The notes beneath the pieces were generated by a model that saw only the letters and a program-made list of their open reading frames with translations, was not told where the DNA came from and ran no database searches. Shown here piece by piece: positions 1 through 8,676 of a stretch of 44,481 nucleotides of DNA. Numbering within the stretch: the stretch's first letter is position 1; the number at the start of each line of letters is the position of its first letter. This stretch comes from a virus. Lineage: Duplodnaviria > Caudoviricetes. The position numbers were made by a program, and so were the translations under genes. The DNA is taken from positions 1 through 44,481 of IMG/VR virus record IMGVR_UViG_3300037780_000052; one strand, written 5' to 3'.

Positions 1-1771
1 AATCTTTTTCACTGTCTGTAAAAAACAATACAATACCATTTATTTTATGTAATCTATCTGATAAAAGTCTTTCTGCAATTTTAATAAAATGTTCGGCATC
101 TTTTACTGATGTCGTATACTCTGCAGTTTTCATTGTTAATTCTAAAGGATTCTGAAAATTACCAAATATTGCTTTTTTAATAATAGTTTGCTTCTTTTCA
201 TCGCCAACGTCAACGCCTTTTCTTGAACCAATACGTTTTGTTCCTGTAGTGACTGGACGTTCAATAATACGTGCCATTGTATACCCAGGAGGAACAGCAG
301 CCTCATCAAGATTATTTTCTCCTATTTTTTTACAACTTCCTTTTTCACCTCGTGTTTTTCCTGGCACTTTTCGATATCCTTTCCAGCATTTATCATAAAT
401 TTTACTATTGCCATGGCGTTCGCCTTCTTCAATTTCTTCTTCTGTTAAACCTAGTGTACGCCAGCTTGGGTTACCGCATTCTTCACAGACATCGCCAAAT
501 TGTCCCATAATGCCTTCAAATGCTGCTTCTAGTTCTAGTTCTTCTTTAGTCTTTTTGTATTTGTCTTTGATAGCACCTAGTTCTTTTTCATTAGCACCTT
601 CACGTCCAGCTTTAGCTAATGCTGCCATACCTTCTTTGCCGTATTTCTTTTTACCTGTGTAATATTGTAAACCTGATTCGTCTATTTCTTTTTTATACTT
701 TTCAGGATCGCCTGTTCCGCCACAATCTGGACAACTCTTTGGACAAGTTTCGTCGCAATCGCTTGCTGCTTCACCTAATAGATCATCGGGGCCCAGTTCT
801 TTGGCTTTTGTACCTTCTTTAACTAAATTGTAAATATATGGAAAAATATCCTGTAGTTCTTCGTTGAATTGTTTTATAGTTAATTCGTCTATCCAGTTTT
901 CTTTCACATCGTCAGGAACTTCTTCGAATACAGGTGTTTCAAATCCATCGATGGCTTCCCTGTAATGAGTTGGTTTTTGTAGATTTTCTATTGTTTTCTT
1001 TACCGTAGAAATACGTTCTTTGACAATGTCCATATAGCCTTCTAGGCTTTCGGCCATCACTGATGAACGACCTACATAATTTTTGAACTTGCGCAGCTTT
1101 GACATTTCTTCACTTAGACCAGTAATGTGCGATCCGAAGTCATCGTAAGGGACACCACCTTCTGCTACGTGACGAGCCATTGCTCTTGCACCACTCAAAT
1201 GTTTATAAGGATATTTGAACCGTTCTCCCTCTTCGCTTTCAATGTATATTGAGTCAATGTTTCTTGTTCTTGAACTCGGTATCTCAGGGTTAACTGATTC
1301 ATTGTGCTTAATTACCAATCTAGCATTGTCAAAATTTTGATAACTTATGCGCCCTGTTCCATATAATTTTGATTCAGTCATTGTGTTGTCTCCGGTGCGA
1401 TTTGCTGCTAAAAATTTATAATCTCTTTTTGTGAGATTTGATTTTTTAATATCTCTTACACTGAACCCTAACATACGTTTTTTACTAAAAGATCTCAAAT
1501 CTCTCAAGAAATCGTACCATTGTTCTTGTGTCATTTTGTTTTGATCTTGAATAAAATCTTTTGAAAAGATAACAGCTAGGCCCTCGTCTTCTAATATAGT
1601 TATACTTACTTTGCCTAGAGATTTTTTTCCAACAGTATAATCAAAATCGAAGAACCGACCTTTTTCAGGTTCGTTGGTGATATTACCATCTTCGTCTCCT
1701 ATGGTTACACTAGGAAAACGTCCGCGTATCTTGTTAAAAAGATCTTTTGCTATTTGATCTAAACTTATCAT
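1..1771 (-). CDS. Conserved phage protein, probable internal head/prohead-processed protein (3'-partial, runs off window start, about 590 aa visible)
   Basis: Missing from the ORF track because no stop lies in the window. Manual translation from ATG at 1771 gives MISLDQIAKDLFNKIRGRFPSVTIGDEDG...ESEEGERFKYPYKHLSGARAMARHVAEGG..., open to position 2. ATAAATA lies 4 nt upstream. Many (L/I/M)-x-E sites. Confidence 0.85.
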   Translation of the reverse strand, partial: MISLDQIAKDLFNKIRGRFPSVTIGDEDGNITNEPEKGRFFDFDYTVGKKSLGKVSITILEDEGLAVIFSKDFIQDQNKMTQEQWYDFLRDLRSFSKKRMLGFSVRDIKKSNLTKRDYKFLAANRTGDNTMTESKLYGTGRISYQNFDNARLVIKHNESVNPEIPSSRTRNIDSIYIESEEGERFKYPYKHLSGARAMARHVAEGGVPYDDFGSHITGLSEEMSKLRKFKNYVGRSSVMAESLEGYMDIVKERISTVKKTIENLQKPTHYREAIDGFETPVFEEVPDDVKENWIDELTIKQFNEELQDIFPYIYNLVKEGTKAKELGPDDLLGEAASDCDETCPKSCPDCGGTGDPEKYKKEIDESGLQYYTGKKKYGKEGMAALAKAGREGANEKELGAIKDKYKKTKEELELEAAFEGIMGQFGDVCEECGNPSWRTLGLTEEEIEEGERHGNSKIYDKCWKGYRKVPGKTRGEKGSCKKIGENNLDEAAVPPGYTMARIIERPVTTGTKRIGSRKGVDVGDEKKQTIIKKAIFGNFQNPLELTMKTAEYTTSVKDAEHFIKIAERLLSDRLHKINGIVLFFTDSEKD

Positions 1772-1775
1772 ACTG

Positions 1776-1782
1776 TATTTAT
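1776..1782 (-). promoter_or_regulatory. T4-like late promoter core ATAAATA
   Basis: cATAAATAcagtATG in the 12-nt gap between the terminase stop and the next ATG; matches the T4 gp55-type TATAAATA core. Confidence 0.7.
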
Positions 1783-1783
1783 G

Positions 1784-3364
1784 TCAATAGTTTGAACTTA
1801 CGAAGATTGGCATCGGTGGTTCATAATCATCTTCAGCTTCTGCCTGAACAAATGTATCATATACTCTAGGATCCCAGTCTCTCAACACAGTCATCATTCG
1901 TATGGCCAACAATGCAGCACTGATTAGGTCATCTGTAGATCCTAATTTTGCTTGAAAACTACTACCGGTTGCTATAAAGTTTTTGAGTTCTGATATAAAG
2001 GGTTTCGAATTTACAATCATTTTATCGTTTTCTATCATTGTTTTTAAACGACTGCACGCAGATATTTTCGGAGCATGTGTTGTATTAAACCCTTTGCGAA
2101 ATTTTCTCACATGTCCTTTTCTAATAGGTTCACTAACAAATAGACCTGGTATGTTTTCTTCACCTATGTCATTGATAACAATCAGAGCTGCTTCACCTAA
2201 CCCATTGTTTTCCACACTCCAGTAGATATTGTTAGAAGATTTTGTAGTATCAGCAAGATAGGTACAGATGTCCCTCAAAACTCTTATTTGTCCAGGTATA
2301 GCAGTTGTATTATGTTGCCATTCTGCTACTTGTTCATAAGTTGGTAATTCAAATACCTGTATAGCCGCGTTGTTGCCGCCTGTTCCCATACTCGGATCTA
2401 ATGCTACTACATAGGTGTATTTAGAACTAGGTTTTTTATACCAACGAGTTTGCCCCATGTTAATAATAGGAGTATTACCTTCCATTGAAGCCAATTTTAT
2501 AGCACTGATCAATGTTTCATCAAAAACAAGAAATTCTATTCCGTATTCACGACGAAACTTTTCTTCGCCTATGCGACCAATCTCAGCTGATTTCCATTCT
2601 TCATCTCTGTCTGGATGTTCCCACCACATAGATTTAAATGCATGAAATCCGTTTCTTCCTATCTCTTGCTCGTTTCCGTGCTCATCAAATTTATCTTCCG
2701 CTTGTTTCCAAATTGTAGCAAATGTATCTTCATCTGAATTCGGAGTCGAAGTTATAATTGCTCTACCACCAGTTGCCAGTGTAGGTGAAATTGAAGTCCA
2801 AAACTCTTCAGCAATATTTGGCTGAACAAATGCAAACTCATCGCAGTATAATAATGAAATTGACATACCGCGTCCTGTATTACCTGTTGTTGTTTGCGAT
2901 ACAATACGCGATCCGTTTTCAAATTCTATACTACCTTTGTTATAACTGGTTACGCCTGCCCTAATATAATCAGGACAAAGCTCGTACACGTATCGTATTC
3001 TCTGCATGATTTCTTGTGCACCGGTGTATTTGTGTGCAGCAATAAGTATGGTTTGATCTGGGTGAAACATAGCATACCATGCGAGATAGATAGCAGCACA
3101 AGTGGTTTTGCCAGACTGGCGCGGCATCATGTTGATATTAAAGCGATAATTGTGATAACTATGCATCAACCGTTCTTGGAATTCATATGGTGCAAACAAC
3201 AATTTACCTTTGACAGGATGTTGAATATAAGCAAATTTTTTTGCAAAATGAAGGTAACCGTTGTCAGGATCCATACATTTAACTAGATCCTCTATCTGCT
3301 TTTCTGTGTAAGTTTCTTGTTGGTTAGCCTTTTTTGTTAAGACACCATCTAATGACTTTGACAT
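1784..3364 (-). CDS. terL: Terminase large subunit (T4 gp17-like)
   Basis: Walker A MPRQSGKTT, Walker B LYCDEFAF, coupling motif TSTPN, C-terminal RNase H-like nuclease (ALDPSMG...DDLISA). No intein. Confidence 0.97.
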   Translation of the reverse strand: MSKSLDGVLTKKANQQETYTEKQIEDLVKCMDPDNGYLHFAKKFAYIQHPVKGKLLFAPYEFQERLMHSYHNYRFNINMMPRQSGKTTCAAIYLAWYAMFHPDQTILIAAHKYTGAQEIMQRIRYVYELCPDYIRAGVTSYNKGSIEFENGSRIVSQTTTGNTGRGMSISLLYCDEFAFVQPNIAEEFWTSISPTLATGGRAIITSTPNSDEDTFATIWKQAEDKFDEHGNEQEIGRNGFHAFKSMWWEHPDRDEEWKSAEIGRIGEEKFRREYGIEFLVFDETLISAIKLASMEGNTPIINMGQTRWYKKPSSKYTYVVALDPSMGTGGNNAAIQVFELPTYEQVAEWQHNTTAIPGQIRVLRDICTYLADTTKSSNNIYWSVENNGLGEAALIVINDIGEENIPGLFVSEPIRKGHVRKFRKGFNTTHAPKISACSRLKTMIENDKMIVNSKPFISELKNFIATGSSFQAKLGSTDDLISAALLAIRMMTVLRDWDPRVYDTFVQAEAEDDYEPPMPIFVSSNY

Positions 3365-3369
3365 ATTAT

Positions 3370-3376
3370 TACTTAT
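3370..3376 (-). promoter_or_regulatory. Variant late promoter ATAAGTA upstream of terL
   Basis: gATAAGTAataatATG, one mismatch to ATAAATA, between a terminator hairpin and the terL start. Confidence 0.5.
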
Positions 3377-3377
3377 C

Positions 3378-3406
3378 AGAAAAGTAGGGCCCTAATGAGC
3401 CCTACT
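3378..3406 (-). terminator. Rho-independent terminator
   Basis: Minus strand AGTAGGGCTC-ATTA-GGGCCCTACT followed by TTTCT, just downstream of the 430-aa gene stop. Confidence 0.8.
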
Positions 3407-3413
3407 GAAAATA

Positions 3414-4706
3414 TTACATGCGCTTTTTAGCTCTGTTTATACCAGATTCATTTTTTTTAAACTGCGGAGGCACTTTGCCTTTTTTAGCTTTGCCGCCTTT
3501 GTCCTTGATGGCTTTTTTCATTGGCTCTTCTTTGTCGCCGTCGCCGTCCATATCTAAGAAATCGGGTTTTGCTTTCTTTTCTTTTAACGACCGAAGAAGC
3601 TGTAATTTAATACTTTCGCGCATTTCTTCCTCGGAATCTTCAAAACGCTTCCCCCAACTTGAACCCATGGCGTGTTTTCCTTCGGCTCCAAGAATAAATG
3701 TGTTCCAAAGAAGTCCTATGAGATTTTTTACAGTGCGAGAATTTTCTGTGTTTCTCAAAAGTTCCATTTTCTTTGCTTTGTTCATTTTGGTACTTTTAAC
3801 AAGATCGTATACTTCTTTTTTAAGAACATCGATATCGTTAATTTTTGATAATTCTTGAACTTTTGCTATTATTAAAGGATCAGCTTCTTTTTCATTTACA
3901 GCCATTGCATTATCACCGTCTTGTGCAGCAGCATATGAACCTTTGCGACGATTTATGCCACCGCCATCTGGTAAAGACATATATTGTTCATCAGGTTCAT
4001 TGTCATATTCTTCTAATTCTTCTTCACTCATTCCCACTGCATTGTTTTGAATCCACGACATCAACGGATAAAGTGTGTTTACAATTTCATTGCCAAATCG
4101 TGCGTCTTTACCTGAGCCCGGTTGCAGTTCCATGCTTTTTGCTTTTTTACGAAGTTCGATTACAGGGGCTATGATTTGCTTGTATTTAGGATCGCTTGTA
4201 TCTAGATTGCTTTCTACCCAATTGACAACATCATATACATCATTAGCATACATGCCTGCTAGATTACCGTCATATTCGCCCCGTCCCTGTTCAATGCTTT
4301 TGCCTATTTTGCGAAGATTACCAAGTGTGTCAACAGCATCTTTTGATGTTTTGACATATGCTTCTTCTAATTCTTCATCATCAGTGATAAGTTCATCTGA
4401 TTCCATTTCTGACTGACGCATGATAGAAGTTAACCGATCCATGTCTTGACGCATCGGCATCATATCAGGGCCTACAGGTTTTGATTTTCCTAGGCCTGCA
4501 GCTTTCATCATTTGAAGCAAGTCGTCGACATGTTCTTTACCGCTGGCATTCATTGTAACACTCATAGTTACAGGATTGCCCGGATTGGTTTGCTGTGCTG
4601 GCATTTGAGTATCACCGCATTCATCAAACACTGACTCGTTCAACTTTTTTGTTTTTTCTTGATCTTCGATCTCAGTCATCTTCTGGATCATTTTTTTCAT
4701 ATCCAT
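3414..4706 (-). CDS. Probable internal head / prohead core-like protein (430 aa)
   Basis: Highly charged; repeated LNES, LEEA, LEEY, VNEK, MRES, LKEK sites resembling T4 gp21 cleavage sites; EF-hand-like PDFLDMDGDGDKEEPMKKA near the C-terminus; GGAG RBS. Confidence 0.6.
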   Translation of the reverse strand: MDMKKMIQKMTEIEDQEKTKKLNESVFDECGDTQMPAQQTNPGNPVTMSVTMNASGKEHVDDLLQMMKAAGLGKSKPVGPDMMPMRQDMDRLTSIMRQSEMESDELITDDEELEEAYVKTSKDAVDTLGNLRKIGKSIEQGRGEYDGNLAGMYANDVYDVVNWVESNLDTSDPKYKQIIAPVIELRKKAKSMELQPGSGKDARFGNEIVNTLYPLMSWIQNNAVGMSEEELEEYDNEPDEQYMSLPDGGGINRRKGSYAAAQDGDNAMAVNEKEADPLIIAKVQELSKINDIDVLKKEVYDLVKSTKMNKAKKMELLRNTENSRTVKNLIGLLWNTFILGAEGKHAMGSSWGKRFEDSEEEMRESIKLQLLRSLKEKKAKPDFLDMDGDGDKEEPMKKAIKDKGGKAKKGKVPPQFKKNESGINRAKKRM

Positions 4707-4708
4707 TT

Positions 4709-5266
4709 TTAGCTCCCTATTGTGCTTTTTGAGTTGCTCGAGTCTTTTATATCCGACGATTTACCTTGCGGTGCACCGGCAGCAGGATCGTGATTTCGTT
4801 CTTTTCTTGCTGTCTCTAACTCTTTTAGTAAATCCATGACTCTGTTTGATCCTACTTCATCCTGTGAACTTGAACCTTCCATGTTTTCTTTGGTTAACAG
4901 TGGTTCATAGATTTCTTTTTCTTTTGTTTCTTGATAACGTTCAAGATTGTCGTCCGGAGTTCTTACCATTACATGACTTGCATGAACTGAACAGGTTTGG
5001 CTTATATATTCACCCAGTACCTGAGGTGTTGTAGGGTAATTTACTTCTACATCAAAATAATGCACATCTATATTTTCTAGATTTGGAAAATCCAGAGGTC
5101 GTTCTTGAATTGGGGTTTTTTTAGGTGAACTTAAACTTTGCACACTGAATTTTTCTAACATAGTTTTAAGTCTATTAGAAAAATCTTTAGGCAACTCGCC
5201 TGCGATCCCGATTTTAAAGGGGTAGGTTTTTTTTGATTCTGTTAATATATCACTAAATGATCTCAT
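4709..5266 (-). CDS. Hypothetical virion protein with capsid-targeting-like N-terminus (185 aa)
   Basis: Begins MRSFSDILTE-S, resembling the T4 internal-protein leader MKTYQEFIAE. AGGA RBS and ATAAATA (5293-5299) upstream. Confidence 0.6.
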   Translation of the reverse strand: MRSFSDILTESKKTYPFKIGIAGELPKDFSNRLKTMLEKFSVQSLSSPKKTPIQERPLDFPNLENIDVHYFDVEVNYPTTPQVLGEYISQTCSVHASHVMVRTPDDNLERYQETKEKEIYEPLLTKENMEGSSSQDEVGSNRVMDLLKELETARKERNHDPAAGAPQGKSSDIKDSSNSKSTIGS

Positions 5267-5291
5267 TATATAACGATCCTATATTGTTATA

Positions 5292-5795
5292 TTATTTATC
5301 TTTATCTAGACCTTTTAGCCGTTCTAATAAACTATTTCTATCAGTAACCACATAACCCTCGCCATTGATTATTCCAGGGTCATTTGGATTTGACTCTTTG
5401 TCTTGTTTTTCCTTTTTAAGCTGTAGATCTACCATTTTTAATTTTTTATCTAATTTAGCCACCTTGGCATCTAAACTGGTTTTCAGCATACTGCCTGCAA
5501 CTTCCATTACTCTGCCGGCGTATCGTGCTTCAACATTCATACCAAGATCCATTAGATCTTCATAGGCCTTCATAGCTTTGTCTGCCACCTCATTGAGTTC
5601 TTTGTCTGCCATTTCGCCCAATCCCTGTACTACAGGTAATGCCGCTGATATTTTGTCAAATTCAGCTATATCTCTCATAGTTTTTTGAGCTTGTTTTTCT
5701 TCATACTTTTTTTGGGCCCGCTCTTGCTTTTCTGCTTTTGCAATTATGTCTTTAGATTCGGGCAATCCCAAAAGATCTTCAAGTTTTTTAGTCAT
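5292..5795 (-). CDS. Putative terminase small subunit (T4 gp16-like)
   Basis: 167 aa, helical; YAGRVMEVAGSMLK resembles the gp16-family R-x-x-E-V-x-x-x-L-x-K segment; C-terminal DRNSLLERL; near terL. Confidence 0.6.
   Translation of the reverse strand: MTKKLEDLLGLPESKDIIAKAEKQERAQKKYEEKQAQKTMRDIAEFDKISAALPVVQGLGEMADKELNEVADKAMKAYEDLMDLGMNVEARYAGRVMEVAGSMLKTSLDAKVAKLDKKLKMVDLQLKKEKQDKESNPNDPGIINGEGYVVTDRNSLLERLKGLDKDK
5293..5299 (-). promoter_or_regulatory. Late promoter ATAAATA embedded in the final codons GAT AAA TAA
   Basis: Motif overlaps the D-K-stop of the upstream gene, 26 nt before the next ATG. Confidence 0.65.
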
Positions 5796-5819
5796 ATTAA
5801 ATCCATTATGTGCTAATAT

Positions 5820-5826
5820 TATTTAT
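5820..5826 (-). promoter_or_regulatory. Late promoter ATAAATA overlapping a stop codon
   Basis: AGA TAA ATA at the end of the head-completion gene, upstream of the 167-aa gene. Confidence 0.65.
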
Positions 5827-6260
5827 CTTTTACGACCTTGGTGAAAGATATCTTCCTCTGTCACTATTCTAAAGAACATACCTTTTTGTTTACAGAACGC
5901 CCGGGCGGCACTCCACTTGGCTTTATTAACTATCCATGCTGCTTGATTAGATACACTTCGACCAGTTCTTTCTTTAAGTGCTTGATTACTTGGTTTTACT
6001 TCAACTAATTCCACATGTTGTTTTCCGTTTTTATCTGCATATACAACAAAAAAATCAGGAACATATATGGTCTGTTTTCCTGTAAGTGGATTTCGATAAG
6101 GTATACGTATAGATTCACTAGCCCATTGTGTTACATTAGGATGTTCGTCACAGAATTTCATAAAAGCAAATTCCCATCCTGATCGATATGTAGGAGTTCG
6201 ATTTCCTATATATTTTTCTGGATTTTTTAGATTGAATTTACCTTGTGCAAATCTTGCCAT
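5823..6260 (-). CDS. gp4: Head completion nuclease (T4 gp4-like, TnsA N-terminal PD-(D/E)xK fold)
   Basis: KNPEKYIG, YRSGWEFAFMKFCD, WASE, IPY, YVPDF, VEVKP and KAKWSAA are family motifs. Confidence 0.9.
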   Translation of the reverse strand: MARFAQGKFNLKNPEKYIGNRTPTYRSGWEFAFMKFCDEHPNVTQWASESIRIPYRNPLTGKQTIYVPDFFVVYADKNGKQHVELVEVKPSNQALKERTGRSVSNQAAWIVNKAKWSAARAFCKQKGMFFRIVTEEDIFHQGRKR

Positions 6261-6628
6261 TATGGTAATATATTTCTCTGATCAAATAGTTCTGTGGTAG
6301 GTGATATTCTATAACCTACCCTGCTGGTCTTAGGTCGATTGATATTCAATACCTGTGCTACAACATTACTGAGCTGTACATCAGTTAGGCCTTTTAACGT
6401 ATCAATTAACTCAGTTACCGAAATATCATCTTTTGATGATTGTTCTAAAATAACAAGAGCTACATTGACTGCGCTGACTCGCTCAAAACCTCTTTTTAAA
6501 AAATATCCAATTACAGCATCAACTTCACTTGCATTATAATTGACTACATTTTCAAATTGTCTGTTAAAAAGTTTTGAATTATTGTCAACAGTATCTAAAT
6601 CTAAATTAGGTAGGTTTGATTGATTCAT
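6260..6628 (-). CDS. Hypothetical protein, probably baseplate/tail associated (122 aa)
   Basis: Intact ORF with AGGA RBS; TAATG coupling to the gp4-like gene; function from context only. Confidence 0.7.
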   Translation of the reverse strand: MNQSNLPNLDLDTVDNNSKLFNRQFENVVNYNASEVDAVIGYFLKRGFERVSAVNVALVILEQSSKDDISVTELIDTLKGLTDVQLSNVVAQVLNINRPKTSRVGYRISPTTELFDQRNILP

Positions 6629-6647
6629 TTGTAATTCCTAAATTTAT

Positions 6648-7886
6648 TTAATTTCTTGATTGTATTGCAGAGTTAGCCAATATTATTATTTTTTTATCAT
6701 TAGAATTTATTCTATCGATAATCTGCTGTTCAGCAGCATTTCTCTCAGATTCTGATAAACTTGTTCCGATATCAAAGGGACCTTGATCAGAAGACAACAA
6801 TCCGGTTCCTATGGCTTTTGATACTAAGCTGTCTAAAAGATCTGGATCATTTTCTAATTTCTGAATTATAGCATCAGAATCAAAAGATCTTCTAGTTGTG
6901 GCCAATGTTGAAGAAGTTGACGAATTTCTTGTGTCTGTAAAAGGAAATAAAATTTGCTGTATTCCGGTATCAGAACTGGTATTGAATTGTGATATACTTG
7001 TAGATTCTGCCGAAGTAGATTTAATTATGTTAAAAAGACTTTCTTGTCCGGGAGGAGTATATAGTTCAACTAGTCTAGGTGAAAATCTTTCAGCTTCGCT
7101 TCCGATAATGCCTTGGCCGTATGTGCTTTCAACGGTGTCGAGGGGGCTGTGTATTTGATCGTAAGCTGTTTCTTGATCTGCAAATCCTGCAGGATCTCCA
7201 TTTTCGTTTATATCTCCAAAATTGTATAATACACCTTCATAAGCAACACTCATAGAATTTTCCATGGTTTGAGAATCACTGTAATCCAAAGTGTCATGCC
7301 CCCAGGAAGTAAGTATAGGATTTATCAATGTATAACTATGCCATTTTTGTCTACTTAATTGAAAAATTTTAATGTATCCAAAAAAAGGAGATCTAACATT
7401 GTTGTTGTCCATACCATATTTGTGAGACAGTCTTCTATAAGTGTCTCTTGATGCGAACCCCAACGGAAACCCTCTTCCATCATTTTTGTTGCCATCCATA
7501 AAGTAATATCTATAATATTCTTCTAACAATGCTCGAGTAATACCAACATTGTCGTCATGAAATTTCATACTTATTTCATCGTAGTCAATACGTGTTTGAA
7601 CATTCTTTTTTCTATTATATTGTTGTTTTACATCAACCTGTGCTTTAAATGCAGGTAAGTCAACAGATTTTGCAAGAACTGCAATTTGTTTTTTGTACTG
7701 ATTTGTGTTGGCTGCACGCTGACGAACAAACTCATCTTTTAAATCAAAAACAACATGATAAAGAAATTTTACTTTTGGAGAAAATGCATGATTGTGCTGC
7801 ACATAAAAATTGTGCGCATGACGAGCATCACGTAAGTGTAGTTCGTCGTTTCTGTTGAATAAAAATTCCGGATTTACTGTTACCAT
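6648..7886 (-). CDS. Tail-tube-like baseplate protein (gp19/gp48/gp54 superfamily); start revised to 7886
   Basis: AKSVDLP...QYNRK...YDEISMKFHDDN...LINPILTSWGHDTLDY...MSVAYE is a tube-fold pattern. The ORF-track start at 7919 lies upstream of the ATAAATA promoter (7892-7898), so ATG 7886 (MVTVNPEF) is preferred. Confidence 0.7.
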   Translation of the reverse strand: MVTVNPEFLFNRNDELHLRDARHAHNFYVQHNHAFSPKVKFLYHVVFDLKDEFVRQRAANTNQYKKQIAVLAKSVDLPAFKAQVDVKQQYNRKKNVQTRIDYDEISMKFHDDNVGITRALLEEYYRYYFMDGNKNDGRGFPLGFASRDTYRRLSHKYGMDNNNVRSPFFGYIKIFQLSRQKWHSYTLINPILTSWGHDTLDYSDSQTMENSMSVAYEGVLYNFGDINENGDPAGFADQETAYDQIHSPLDTVESTYGQGIIGSEAERFSPRLVELYTPPGQESLFNIIKSTSAESTSISQFNTSSDTGIQQILFPFTDTRNSSTSSTLATTRRSFDSDAIIQKLENDPDLLDSLVSKAIGTGLLSSDQGPFDIGTSLSESERNAAEQQIIDRINSNDKKIIILANSAIQSRN

Positions 7887-7891
7887 AATAA

Positions 7892-7898
7892 TATTTAT
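7892..7898 (-). promoter_or_regulatory. Late promoter ATAAATA
   Basis: cATAAATAttattATG, directly downstream of the tail-tube terminator. Confidence 0.7.
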
Positions 7899-7919
7899 GT
7901 GATAAAGTAAACTACGCAC

Positions 7920-7951
7920 AAAATAAAACAGGGGTTTTTACGCCCCTGTTT
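7920..7951 (-). terminator. Rho-independent terminator after the tail tube gene
   Basis: AAACAGGGG-CGTAAAAA-CCCCTGTTT followed by TATTTT on the minus strand. Confidence 0.85.
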
Positions 7952-7973
7952 AAAGTAGAATGCCTGTATTAGA

Positions 7974-8645
7974 TCACTGATTTCCTGCGTTAGTACCGCC
8001 AGTTGCTTGTGTGCCACCCGGTGCTTCAAGCAATGCTCTAGTAGTATCTTCGCCAACACCGACAAGATCAGTTCCGTCAGCACCATATTGTATTGCGTTA
8101 TCATAACGAATAGTCAATGCAATAGTTACCGGATCATTGGTCGAATAATTGAGTGTGTTGTAATTTGCTGATTCGACATAGCAGCCTACAAGATGATAAC
8201 GATCGATTACATTTGCTGCATTGTTTGATCCGTTACCACCATCTAGTATTTCGATTCTTGTCTGGAACTTATATGTTCCGCCTGCTACTGCACTTGCCTG
8301 TTCAAAAAAGTCAAACTGGCGTTGCAATTGCTGACCAACAATCTTTTGAATATTGTTGTTAGCATCCTCACGTACTGTAAGTGTGATTGGTTCCCATGTG
8401 TGCTTGCCTGCAAGATAAGTTCTTGAATTGTAAGCATCAATTGTAATTTGTTCAAATGTCAAATTTGGTCTTGTTACATCAACCACTTGACGAGTTATTT
8501 CTCTCACGCCATCGGCGCCACCTGTAGTACCAAACCCATCCAATAACACCCTAAAGCGATATTGCAGCTTAGGCATTAACATTGTAGAGTTTGTGCCAGC
8601 TTCACCTGTCGGAATTGAAAGGTTTTGTAATGTTGTAATTGGCAT
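7974..8645 (-). CDS. gp19: Tail tube protein (T4 gp19-like)
   Basis: PKLQYRFRV, RPNLTFE, YLAGKHTWEPITLTVRED, LNYSTNDPVTIALTIRYDNA; directly follows the sheath gene; AGGAGA RBS. Confidence 0.92.
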   Translation of the reverse strand: MPITTLQNLSIPTGEAGTNSTMLMPKLQYRFRVLLDGFGTTGGADGVREITRQVVDVTRPNLTFEQITIDAYNSRTYLAGKHTWEPITLTVREDANNNIQKIVGQQLQRQFDFFEQASAVAGGTYKFQTRIEILDGGNGSNNAANVIDRYHLVGCYVESANYNTLNYSTNDPVTIALTIRYDNAIQYGADGTDLVGVGEDTTRALLEAPGGTQATGGTNAGNQ

Positions 8646-8667
8646 TCTATTCTCCTAATACGTAATG

Positions 8668-8674
8668 TATTTAT
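8668..8674 (-). promoter_or_regulatory. Late promoter ATAAATA for the tail tube gene
   Basis: gATAAATAc, 22 nt upstream of the ATG, with AGGAGA in between. Confidence 0.7.
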
Positions 8675-8676
8675 CT

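Noticed and set aside
271-822. Three short plus-strand ORFs (79, 84 and 67 aa)
   Set aside because: Antisense shadows of the long minus-strand ORF 1-1771 that the track missed; no RBS and unnatural composition.
1784-3364. Intein or intron in the terminase gene
   Set aside because: 526 aa with contiguous ATPase and nuclease motifs; no splicing or homing endonuclease motifs.
5823-6260. TnsA-like nuclease as a sign of a Tn7-type transposon
   Set aside because: The fold is shared with T4 gp4 head completion protein; no other transposition genes or terminal repeats, and the context is morphogenetic.
7887-8104. ORF-track start at 7919 and the 69-aa ORF 7895-8104
   Set aside because: The extension crosses the late promoter, and the 69-aa ORF spans a terminator and overlaps the tube gene out of frame.
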